A stretch of 64,000 nt of DNA from Candidatus Aminicenantes bacterium (lineage in GTDB: Bacteria > Acidobacteriota > Aminicenantia > Aminicenantales > JAFGBC01), in contig OY969696.1 in assembly GCA_963702005.1 (NCBI GenBank), positions 3,232,001 through 3,296,000 of the forward strand, read 5' to 3'. The stretch's first letter is position 1. The number at the start of each line of letters is the position of its first letter. Below are positions 45,669 through 54,224 of the stretch, piece after piece. Both the position numbers and the translations under genes were made by a program. A model generated the notes under the pieces. That model worked only from the letters and a program-made list of their open reading frames with translations. It was not told the origin of the DNA and made no database searches.

Positions 45669-46653
45669 TGAAAGACCATCCGCACGCGTCTCCAATCCGG
45701 AAGCCGCCGAGCGGATGACCGTCCTCATCGCCGACGACGACGTCCTGGCCGCCAAGGTCTTGGAAAAAACGCTCAAGAAATGGGGCTACGACGTCGTCCG
45801 GGCCAAGAACGGCGAGGAGGCCTGGGAACAGCTCGAGAAGAAGAGCTTGCGTCTCGCCATCCTGGACTGGATGATGCCCAAGCTGGACGGCGTCCAGCTC
45901 TGCCGGAAGGTCCGCCGCAAGAAGGGTGCGACCTACACCTACATCATCCTCCTGACCGCCCGGGATTACTTCGAAGACATCATCAGGGGACTCTCGGCCG
46001 GCGCCGACGATTATATGACGAAACCCGTCAACCTCCTCGAGCTCAAGGCCCGGCTTCAGACCGGCCTCCGCATCCTCGAGCTCGAGGATAAGCTCCTCGA
46101 ATCCCGCCAGGAGCTCAAGGAGATGGCCGCCCACGACAGCCTGACCGGACTCTGGAACCGATCCTCCATCCTCGAATTCCTGGAGGATGAGCTCGAGAAG
46201 TCCCGCCGGGAGCGGAGCTCGATCGGCGTCATCATGATCGACGTCGATCATTTCAAGAGGATCAACGATACCTTCGGACACGCCGTCGGAGATCAGGTCC
46301 TGAACCGGATCGCGGACTGCCTCAAGACCAATATCCGCCGCTACAATAAGATCGGCCGCTACGGGGGGGACGAAATGGTCGTCGTCCTTCCCGATTGTCA
46401 GAAGGACCACCTCGAGAAGATCGCCGAACGGTTGCGCGCCTCGGTCGCCCGCCATCGCTTCAAGACCGAGCCGGGAGCCCTCAAGGTGACCATCTCCTGC
46501 GGAGGGGCCTCCTCGGAGAGCTTCCAGCACGCCACCCTTCGCCAGCTCCTCCAAGCCAGCGATCGCGCCCTGTATGAAGCCAAGGCCAAGGGCCGGAATC
46601 TCGTCGTCCTGTTCAAGCCGGGCCGGGCCAAGAGGCGGAAAAAGAAGGCTTGA
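45661..46653 (+). CDS. Response regulator diguanylate cyclase (REC-GGDEF)
   Basis: IADDD / LDWMMP / KP receiver; D.LTGL.NR, D.DHFK.IND.FGH..GD and RYGGDEM. Confidence 0.93.
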   Translation: MLSERPSARVSNPEAAERMTVLIADDDVLAAKVLEKTLKKWGYDVVRAKNGEEAWEQLEKKSLRLAILDWMMPKLDGVQLCRKVRRKKGATYTYIILLTARDYFEDIIRGLSAGADDYMTKPVNLLELKARLQTGLRILELEDKLLESRQELKEMAAHDSLTGLWNRSSILEFLEDELEKSRRERSSIGVIMIDVDHFKRINDTFGHAVGDQVLNRIADCLKTNIRRYNKIGRYGGDEMVVVLPDCQKDHLEKIAERLRASVARHRFKTEPGALKVTISCGGASSESFQHATLRQLLQASDRALYEAKAKGRNLVVLFKPGRAKRRKKKA

Positions 46654-46660
46654 CGGCTTG

Positions 46661-47068
46661 ATGAAAAAACCGGAGCCGCCCCTCCCCTCTTGGGACGAGA
46701 GGGCGGCATTGCGCGCGGCGGGGGGGAACGCCGCGTTCCTCGACGAGTTGATGACCCTCTTCCTCAAGGACGCCGCCAAAGGAGTCGCCCGCATCAAAAG
46801 TCTGGCGCGCGCCCGCCGATTCGAAGACCTCGAGAAAGAGGCTCACCGGCTGAAAGGGGCTTCCTTGACTTTGAGTCTTCGGAGTCTGGCGGAGTCGCTA
46901 TCGGCATTGGAAGCGGCGGCCCGGGAGGGAAAGGACCGCTCGGTCGCCTCGAGCGCGGAACGACTCGCAACCGAACTCGACGCGCTCCGCCGCTTCCGGG
47001 CGGAAAGAACGAAACGCCCTCCGGATTCGACGGCCGGCCGTTCCCGAAACGTCAAACGCCCGGCTTGA
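46661..47068 (+). CDS. Hpt (histidine phosphotransfer) domain protein
   Basis: GG...L.EL...F; AH.LKG.S..L; LE.A. Confidence 0.88.
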   Translation: MKKPEPPLPSWDERAALRAAGGNAAFLDELMTLFLKDAAKGVARIKSLARARRFEDLEKEAHRLKGASLTLSLRSLAESLSALEAAAREGKDRSVASSAERLATELDALRRFRAERTKRPPDSTAGRSRNVKRPA

Positions 47069-48938
47069 TCTTGTAGACGCCGGCACCTTGGGTTCCGGCG
47101 TAAAGCGTCACCCGATCAAGCGGGTCGAAGACAAGCGATCTTAACATCATGTCGGGGCAGAGCCCGGCGCTCATCAGAGTCCAGGTTTGACCGCCGTCCC
47201 GGCTCCGATAAACCCCGAGGTTCGAGACGCCCGCGTAGAGATATTGCGGATTCTTGGGATCGATCGCGAATGCGTCGATATACCTGCAAGAGGGCAGGCC
47301 GTCGTTCATCGCCGTCCAGCTCGCTCCGTGGTTGATGCTTTTGTAAACACCGTATCCGGCCGTCCCCGCATAAAGGATGCCGCTCGGATCGGCGGTAAGA
47401 TTATAGACGTTCGTATCGGCCATCCCCACCGGTTTCCAGGTCGAGCCGGACGCGGTTCCTTTATAGACGCCCTGTGCGGAGTAGACAAAGACGACGCCCT
47501 GAGCCGAAGGGTCGAAAATCAGGCCGCCCGGGGACTTGGATTTAAGCCCCAGATAGGCCCAAGAAGCTCCGCCGTTCACGCTCCGGTAGATGCCCTTATT
47601 GTGATAGACGGCGAAAACCCTGTCCGGTTGGGCGGGGTCGATGGCGACGCATCCGCAATAATAATCGGGCAGGTTCAGCTTGGTCCAGGTCGCGCCTCCG
47701 TCCGTAGTCTTAAAAACGCCCTGGTATGTGGTTCCGGCATAAATGATCTTCGAGTTCAAGGGATTAATGGCAAAGCTGGCATAGCTCGCGCCCTTGCTCA
47801 GGGGGGGAACCACCAGGCTGCGCCAGGAGGCGCCTCCGCCCATGCCCTTGAAAAGGTCGAAATCGCTGCCGACATAGAGGAGCCCTTTCGTCTTTTTATC
47901 GAAGGCGACCGCCATGATCTTCTGGGCGGCCATCCCTTTGTTCACGGCGGTCCAGCTCTGGGCGCCGTTTGTGGTCCGGAAGACGCCATCGAAGCAGGTG
48001 CCGAGATAGATCGTGCTCGGGAGAGATCGGGCGACGGCCAAGTTATAGATTCTGAGGGAAGCCAGCCCCGTATTTTGAGAGGTCCAGGTCGCGCCTCCGT
48101 CCGTGCTCGCGTAAAATCCCGTATCAAAGCTCCCCAGATAGACGGTGCCCGAAACCTTGGGGTTGAGGGCCAGGCACCAGGGATCGAAGTCCAAACCGAT
48201 CTGAGTCCAGGTCGCGCCCGCGTTCTTGCTCTTATAGAGTGCGCCCGACACGGCGTAGAGGGTGCGAGAATCGAAGGGATCGAGGGCGACGGCCTTGGTG
48301 TCCGAGTTCAGGCCCAGGGAGGCCCAGGTCGCGCCTCCGTTCGTGCTCTTGAAAAGCCCAAGGCCGCCGTTGACGCCCGCATAGACGACCTGGGGATTGG
48401 AGGGGTCTATGGCCAGGCATAGGACATTCTGATTAGAAAACGCGGTGTTGAGCCAGACCCAACTCGTCCCGCCGTTGGTCGTCTTGTAGATGCCGTATCC
48501 CTGCGACCCGGCGTAAATCGTCTTGGAGGAGCCGGGGACGACGGCGATCGCCGAGATAGTCCTTTCACTGAGCAACGTGCCGTTGAGGGAGACCCAGCTC
48601 GTGCCCATATTCGTGCTTTTAAAAATGCCTTGTTTCGTCCCCGCATAAACCGCGCCGGGATTGCTCTTATCCACGGCAAGGCACCTGGCCTCGGGCCAAA
48701 CGACGCCCCGGCCGACGGGCTGCCAGGACGCGCCGTTATTGGTGGTCCGGAAAACCCCTCCATACCAGGTCGCGCAGTAAGCGGTTGTCGAAACGGTCGG
48801 GTGGACGGCCAGGTCGGCGATGAAACCGCCGGTCGGGCCGATCGATTTCCAGGCCGGGGCCCTGTCGGCAGCCCGTACGGGAGCTATGGCAAGGCAACAC
48901 AGCAACAGGCAGACGGACGAAACCCTTACGATTTTCAT
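47052..48938 (-). CDS. Secreted BNR/Asp-box repeat beta-propeller protein
   Basis: Signal peptide; 13 [FY]x[ST]xxGGx[ST]W-type repeats; GAGGAGG RBS. Confidence 0.88.
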   Translation of the reverse strand: MKIVRVSSVCLLLCCLAIAPVRAADRAPAWKSIGPTGGFIADLAVHPTVSTTAYCATWYGGVFRTTNNGASWQPVGRGVVWPEARCLAVDKSNPGAVYAGTKQGIFKSTNMGTSWVSLNGTLLSERTISAIAVVPGSSKTIYAGSQGYGIYKTTNGGTSWVWLNTAFSNQNVLCLAIDPSNPQVVYAGVNGGLGLFKSTNGGATWASLGLNSDTKAVALDPFDSRTLYAVSGALYKSKNAGATWTQIGLDFDPWCLALNPKVSGTVYLGSFDTGFYASTDGGATWTSQNTGLASLRIYNLAVARSLPSTIYLGTCFDGVFRTTNGAQSWTAVNKGMAAQKIMAVAFDKKTKGLLYVGSDFDLFKGMGGGASWRSLVVPPLSKGASYASFAINPLNSKIIYAGTTYQGVFKTTDGGATWTKLNLPDYYCGCVAIDPAQPDRVFAVYHNKGIYRSVNGGASWAYLGLKSKSPGGLIFDPSAQGVVFVYSAQGVYKGTASGSTWKPVGMADTNVYNLTADPSGILYAGTAGYGVYKSINHGASWTAMNDGLPSCRYIDAFAIDPKNPQYLYAGVSNLGVYRSRDGGQTWTLMSAGLCPDMMLRSLVFDPLDRVTLYAGTQGAGVYKIKPGV

Positions 48939-48991
48939 TGGGATATCCTCCTCAACGGTCAATCGCCGCTCTTTCCTGAGTACTTTAGATA

Positions 48992-49903
48992 TTATCGAGG
49001 GATTTTGTCAACCGCTTTCCGGATCTCGTCCAGGAACGCTCTTCCCGCTTCTTCCGAGACTCCTTTGCCCCTGATCAGCCCGAACAGGAATCGGCCCTGT
49101 CGTCCAAGGTACTGATCGTCGCCCGACGCTCCCCGGAGATGGACGTCCTCCCCGAATTCCGTTTTCGTCCAGCGGTTCCTGGTTTGAAAATCCAGGTACT
49201 GCTTAAGCATGCTCTCGACCTCTTCCGGAGAAGCGGCGGCGACGATGAAGCCGTCGAAGGCGGCGCCCTCCGGGCTGTAGCTCGCGAGATAGCCGTCATG
49301 AAGAAAGCCGAAGCCGAGGACGTTGCGGAGGATGAATTTTTCGCTGTTGGCGACGAGGCCGCGGCGCGGGAGAGACTGGAGGAGAGGCGGAAAGCCCTCG
49401 GGCTCCGCGGAAGATTTAGCGATGATGTCCCGAGCGAATCCGAGGAGCGTGGCCGAGCCGTCCCCTTCGCAATCGAAGCAGAGGAGCTTCACGTAATAGC
49501 GGCCGTGGAGAAAATTCAGGACGCCGTCCTCCGCGTAGCCCTGGCTGCCGACGTCGAGGAAGCGGCTGTCGGGAAAACGCTCGGCGCCGTAGATGCCGAA
49601 AGCGTTCAGGGCGGTCCCCATATCATAGATTTCGACGGTGACGGCGGCCTTGGAGGCGTCGGCGGCGTACTGACCCACGACAAGCTCCTTGAAGTCGTAG
49701 CTCAGATAGGCCTCGGCCCCGCCGTCGATATATTCGAAGAGGTTCTCGGGCCCGAAGGTCCGCGGCTCCTCGCCGAAATGCCAGCCGGAAAGGACCGGAA
49801 GGAGCCGGTTCAGGACGGCCGAGGAAGACGGGAGAGCGGCCGCGAACGAAACGGACAGGGTCAGCACGGCCGCGAAGGGAACGAGTTTCTTTATGAAGGT
49901 CAT
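48992..49903 (-). CDS. Exported protein, DUF6599-like
   Basis: Signal peptide; NLFEYIDGGAE.YL.Y.F, VEIYDMG...NAFGIY and G.YYVK motifs; AAGGAG RBS. Confidence 0.7.
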   Translation of the reverse strand: MTFIKKLVPFAAVLTLSVSFAAALPSSSAVLNRLLPVLSGWHFGEEPRTFGPENLFEYIDGGAEAYLSYDFKELVVGQYAADASKAAVTVEIYDMGTALNAFGIYGAERFPDSRFLDVGSQGYAEDGVLNFLHGRYYVKLLCFDCEGDGSATLLGFARDIIAKSSAEPEGFPPLLQSLPRRGLVANSEKFILRNVLGFGFLHDGYLASYSPEGAAFDGFIVAAASPEEVESMLKQYLDFQTRNRWTKTEFGEDVHLRGASGDDQYLGRQGRFLFGLIRGKGVSEEAGRAFLDEIRKAVDKIPR

Positions 49904-49937
49904 GGTCCGACTCCTTGGGGCATCGAGCCCGGCTCCT

Positions 49938-49988
49938 AATGTACCCTTGTCCGCGCGCGTTGACAAGTCTCGGGGACAAGAGTAATTT
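49938..49988. promoter_or_regulatory. Dyad-symmetric bidirectional sigma70 promoter
   Basis: Plus strand TTGACA-N17-TAATTT; minus strand TTGTCA-N17-TACATT. The -35 boxes overlap; flanking arms are TACCCTTGTCC / GGACAAGAGTA. Confidence 0.6.
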
Positions 49989-49997
49989 CGTAATGGA

Positions 49998-50894
49998 ATG
50001 GCCAAGCCGAAAGTCGTCGTGGTCAAGGCCCGGGGCGTCCTCGTCGGCTCGGACGAGATCGATGGGGCGCGCCTTCTGCGCATGTACGAGCGGGGCCTGC
50101 GCGCTCTGACCGGCGCATCCTCCCTAGCCGAAGGTCTGCGCCGGTTTTTTGCGCCGGCCGACCGGGTCGGGATCAAGGTCAATACGATCGGAGGTCGGAA
50201 GCTCTCGACCCGGCCCGAAGTCGCGCTGGGACTGGCCGGAGTTCTCAAGGGATCTGGACTCTCCGAAAACAACATCCTCATCTGGGACCGGACGAACCGC
50301 GAGCTCAAGGACGCCGGCTACGGCCTCAGCTTGGGATCGAACGGCTTTAAGATTTACGGAACGGACACGGACGGGGCGGGTTACGACGACGAGCTCTACT
50401 CGCAGGGCAACATCGGGAGCCTGTTCGCCTCGATCCAAAGCCGGTTCGCGACGGCCTCGATCAGCCTGGCCATCCTCAAGGACCATGGCCTGGCCGGCGT
50501 CACGGCCGGGATGAAGAATTACTTCGGGGCCATCCACAACCCCAACAAGTACCATGACTCGCACTGCGACCCATTTGTCGCCGAGGTCTTTGCCGCGCCC
50601 AAGGTCAAGGACCGCCACCGGCTGACCGTCCTCGACGCCCTCGTCGTCCAGTTCCACCGGGGACCTTCCTTCCATGCTCAATGGGCCGACCGGAGCGAAA
50701 CGCTCGTTTTCGGGACCGACCCGGTCGCGACCGACGCGGTCGGCTGGCGGATGATCGAACGGCTCCGGGCCGCCAAGGGTTTGCCCTCGCTGTCCGAGGA
50801 CGGCCGCGAACCCCGCTATCTCCTGACCGCGGAATCGATGGGGTTGGGCAAGGCGGACTCGGCCGCGATCGAGGTCGTCGAGGAGGAGGCCTAA
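49998..50894 (+). CDS. DUF362-domain protein
   Basis: D.VGIK.N, LK.H...G.T..MKN.FG and G.DPVA.D motifs. Confidence 0.88.
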   Translation: MAKPKVVVVKARGVLVGSDEIDGARLLRMYERGLRALTGASSLAEGLRRFFAPADRVGIKVNTIGGRKLSTRPEVALGLAGVLKGSGLSENNILIWDRTNRELKDAGYGLSLGSNGFKIYGTDTDGAGYDDELYSQGNIGSLFASIQSRFATASISLAILKDHGLAGVTAGMKNYFGAIHNPNKYHDSHCDPFVAEVFAAPKVKDRHRLTVLDALVVQFHRGPSFHAQWADRSETLVFGTDPVATDAVGWRMIERLRAAKGLPSLSEDGREPRYLLTAESMGLGKADSAAIEVVEEEA

Positions 50895-50898
50895 AGAT

Positions 50899-52020
50899 AT
50901 GAAAAGACGCCAATTCCTCCAGACCGCCGCCGGGACGGGGCTTGCGCTCGGGTCCCAGGCCGGCCCTTTTCTCCAGGAGCTCTGGGCCTTCGGCGAAACG
51001 GCCAACCTCTCCGAGGTCGAAGCCCGCTTCTACAAAAAGCTCCCGGACCGGGAGATCGAATGCAACCTCTGCCCCCGGAACTGCCGGCTGGGCGACAAGG
51101 AGCGCGGCTACTGCGGCGTCCGCGAGAACCGGGACGGCACCTATTACACGCTCGTCTACGGAAAGGCCTGCTCGGCCAACCCCGACCCGATCGAGAAGAA
51201 GCCCTTCTTCCACTTCCTGCCGGGAACGACGGCCTTCTCGATCGCCTCGGCCGGCTGCAACGTCAACTGCAAGTTCTGCCAGAACTGGGAGATTTCCCAA
51301 GTCCGGCCCGAACAGATCCGCCACATCGACCTCCTGCCGGCACGGGTCGCCGAGGCCGCCCGTCGGATGAGCTGCGCCTCGATCGCCTACACCTACTCAG
51401 AGCCCATCGTTTTCTACGAATACATGTATGACTCGGCCGTCGAGGGCCGCCGGCTCGGCCTCCGGAGCGCCGTCGTCACGGCCGGCCATATCAACCCCGA
51501 GCCGCTCCGGGAGCTCCTCAAGGTGGTCGATGCGATCAAGGTCGACCTCAAAGCTTTCCGCCAGGACTTCTATGCCCGGTACGTCCGGGGCGAGCTCAAG
51601 CCCGTCCTCGAGGCCATTAAGATGATCGCGGCCAGCAAGGTCTGGCTCGAGATCGTCAACCTGGTTATTCCCTCCCTCAACGACGATCCTGCCGACCTCC
51701 GCGACATGGCCCGCTGGATCCGGGACGAGGCCGGGCCCGACGTTCCCCTCCACTTCTCCCGATTCCAACCCATGTACCTCATCAAGAACCTGCCGCCGAC
51801 TCCGATCTCGACCCTGGATAAGGCTCGGGCGGTCGCCCTGGAGGAGGGACTCCATTACGTCTACGTCGGCAACGTCCCGGGCCATCCGGGCGAGAACACG
51901 AATTGCCCGAGCTGCGGCCGGCGGCTCATCGAGAGGTACATCTTCGAGATCCGCGCCATGGAAATCAAGGACGGCCGCTGCCCGTCCTGCGGGACCGTCA
52001 TCCCCGGCATCTGGAGCTGA
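50899..52020 (+). CDS. AmmeMemoRadiSam-type radical SAM enzyme with twin-arginine signal
   Basis: MKRRQFL; C.LCP..C...G.C.VR.N; DPIEKKP..HF.PG; GCNVNCKFCQNW.ISQ; TYSEP; PLHFSRF; YVGNV; two C-terminal CPSC motifs. Confidence 0.92.
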   Translation: MKRRQFLQTAAGTGLALGSQAGPFLQELWAFGETANLSEVEARFYKKLPDREIECNLCPRNCRLGDKERGYCGVRENRDGTYYTLVYGKACSANPDPIEKKPFFHFLPGTTAFSIASAGCNVNCKFCQNWEISQVRPEQIRHIDLLPARVAEAARRMSCASIAYTYSEPIVFYEYMYDSAVEGRRLGLRSAVVTAGHINPEPLRELLKVVDAIKVDLKAFRQDFYARYVRGELKPVLEAIKMIAASKVWLEIVNLVIPSLNDDPADLRDMARWIRDEAGPDVPLHFSRFQPMYLIKNLPPTPISTLDKARAVALEEGLHYVYVGNVPGHPGENTNCPSCGRRLIERYIFEIRAMEIKDGRCPSCGTVIPGIWS

Positions 52021-54165
52021 ATGGCGCGCCTCCCCGCGTTTCTGCTCGGCGGCCTGGCCACGAGCTGCCAGATCATCCTGCTCCGGGAATTCGCCGCCCA
52101 ATTCTACGGAAACGAGATGACCTACGGGCTCGTCCTCGCCTCTTGGCTCCTGTGGGGAGGCGTCGGCAGCCTCCTCGGAAATAGGCGGCGGATCAGGCCC
52201 GAGCGAATTCCTTACGGCTATCTGGGTCTGGTCTTGGTTTTTCCCGCCGGCTTGGCCGCGCTTCGCCTCTCCCGTTTTCTTCTGGGGATCCTGCCCGGCG
52301 AGCTGGTCGGCCTCGGCCCGGCCCTTCTTTTTGCGCTGGGGTTGGCCCTGGCGACGAGTCTCCCGCTCGGGCTTCTGTTCGTCGCGAACGCCCGCCGGCT
52401 GGGCGGCGACGTCAGCCGGGTCTATCTCCTCGAATCCCTGGGCGCGGCGGCGGCCGGCCTCGTCCTTCATTTCATCCTCGTCCCGCGCGTCTCCAACTGG
52501 ACGGCCATAGCCGTTTTCGGGACCGTGCTTGCGCTCCTGACGGTCCTTGCCTTTCCGAGCAGAAAAACCATGGCGCTCGCCCTCGCGGCCGTCGGCGGCC
52601 TGGCCGTCTTTGCCCTCATGGACGGACCGAGCCAGAGGCTCGAATGGAAGCCGTTCCAGCTCGTCGAGTCCCGCGACACTCCTTACGGGAAGCTCCAGGT
52701 CGTCCGGGCGGCCGAGCAGGTGACGCTCTATTCCAACAAGCTCAAGGTCTATTCGTGCCCGGACCCGGCCTCAGCCGAGGAAGCGGTTCATTTCGCTCTG
52801 CTTCAGCGGCCTGCGGCAGAGAGAGTTCTGCTCGTCGGCGGCGGCGCCGGCGGAGACCTTAGGCAAATCCTCAAGTATCCGGGAGTACGGATCGAATACG
52901 TCGAACTCGACCCGGAGATCATCCGCCTGTCCCAAAAATACCTCCCTGCAGAGGAGCGCAAGGCGCTCGCCGATCCCCGGGTCCGCATCCACGCCGAGGA
53001 CGGTCGCGCCTTCCTGGGAGGGACGGGCGGCGTCTTCGACGCGATCCTCCTCGACCTTCCCGAGCCGGCCACCGCCCAGGTCAACCGTTTCTACACGCGG
53101 GAGTTCTTCGCCTTGGTCCGGGTCCACCTCGCCCCGGAAGGCGTCTTCGGCTTCCGGGTCCCTTCCGCCGAGAACTACATAGGACGAGAGCTTCAGGACT
53201 TTCTGAGTACGTTGCGGACGACTCTGCGGTCCGTCTTCGCCGAAGTCGAGATCGTTCCCGGCGACACGAATATCTTTCTGGCGTCGGAGCGGCCGCTGAC
53301 CATCGACCCGGACGAGCTGGGACGGAGGATCGAGGCGGCCGGAATCGAGAATGCCTTCGTCCGGCCCGCCCTCCTTTCAGTCCGGCTCAGCCCGACGCGG
53401 AGGACCTATCTTGAAGAGTCCCTCCGTGGCGCCGCGCCCCGCATCAACTCCGACCTGCGGCCCCTTTCCTATTTTTTCAGCTCGGTCCTGTGGAGCACGC
53501 AATTCCGCGGCGTCGAGGCCCGGCTCCTCGAATCGCTGGCCCGGCTCCCCTCTTTCTGGCTTCTCGATCTGCCCCTGATTCTGTTCGTCGCGGCCCTGGC
53601 CGTCGTTTGGCGCCGCCGGAGCCGGCCCGGCATCTTCCTCATCCCGGTCGCCGTCATGGGGCTGACCTCCATCGTCTTCGAGATCGCCGTCATCCTGGCC
53701 TTTCAGGTCTACTACGGCTGCGTTTACGGCCGGGTGGCGTTGCTGCTGACTTCATTCATGGCCGGGCTGGCCCTGGGGGCGACGGCAGGGCGGGCGCGCA
53801 GAGAAGCCGCAATTCAAGATATTTTGGTCTGCCAGGGAGGTTTCCTTATCCTTCTGGCGGCCTTTCTCCTGATTTTGATGAAAACGCCAACGGAAGCCGT
53901 TCTGTTCGGGCTTCTGCTTGGCTTCGGGTTCCTGAGCGGATTGCTATTCGTCGCTGCAAACCGGCTGTATCTAAAGGGCGGGGACCGCTACGGAACCGGC
54001 TACGGTTTGGACCTTCTCGGGTCGTTCCTGGGCGCTTTGGCTGCTTCCTCGGTTCTGATTCCCCTGGTCGGGATGGACAGGCTCATCACCTATTTGATTT
54101 TGGCGAATTCGGCCTGCTTTCTATTCCTTATTCTCGGCCGAGTCGCCAGCCCCGGGAATCGTTGA
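52021..54165 (+). CDS. Fused MFS-like membrane / spermidine-synthase-like SAM-binding protein
   Basis: 7 TM, then a soluble domain (TPYG, VLLVGGGAGG, VELDP, DGRAFL, D.I.LD.P.P, YT.EF), then 7 TM. Confidence 0.85.
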   Translation: MARLPAFLLGGLATSCQIILLREFAAQFYGNEMTYGLVLASWLLWGGVGSLLGNRRRIRPERIPYGYLGLVLVFPAGLAALRLSRFLLGILPGELVGLGPALLFALGLALATSLPLGLLFVANARRLGGDVSRVYLLESLGAAAAGLVLHFILVPRVSNWTAIAVFGTVLALLTVLAFPSRKTMALALAAVGGLAVFALMDGPSQRLEWKPFQLVESRDTPYGKLQVVRAAEQVTLYSNKLKVYSCPDPASAEEAVHFALLQRPAAERVLLVGGGAGGDLRQILKYPGVRIEYVELDPEIIRLSQKYLPAEERKALADPRVRIHAEDGRAFLGGTGGVFDAILLDLPEPATAQVNRFYTREFFALVRVHLAPEGVFGFRVPSAENYIGRELQDFLSTLRTTLRSVFAEVEIVPGDTNIFLASERPLTIDPDELGRRIEAAGIENAFVRPALLSVRLSPTRRTYLEESLRGAAPRINSDLRPLSYFFSSVLWSTQFRGVEARLLESLARLPSFWLLDLPLILFVAALAVVWRRRSRPGIFLIPVAVMGLTSIVFEIAVILAFQVYYGCVYGRVALLLTSFMAGLALGATAGRARREAAIQDILVCQGGFLILLAAFLLILMKTPTEAVLFGLLLGFGFLSGLLFVAANRLYLKGGDRYGTGYGLDLLGSFLGALAASSVLIPLVGMDRLITYLILANSACFLFLILGRVASPGNR

Positions 54166-54224
54166 CGGACCGGCCTTCTGGAAGGGTTTGAGAACCCAGA
54201 GCTCGAAAGAAAAGAGGAGGGATC

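Noticed and set aside
47052-48938. Repeated DNA as a CRISPR array or DGR template
   Set aside because: The repeats are in-frame protein repeats with irregular spacing; there is no cas or reverse transcriptase gene.
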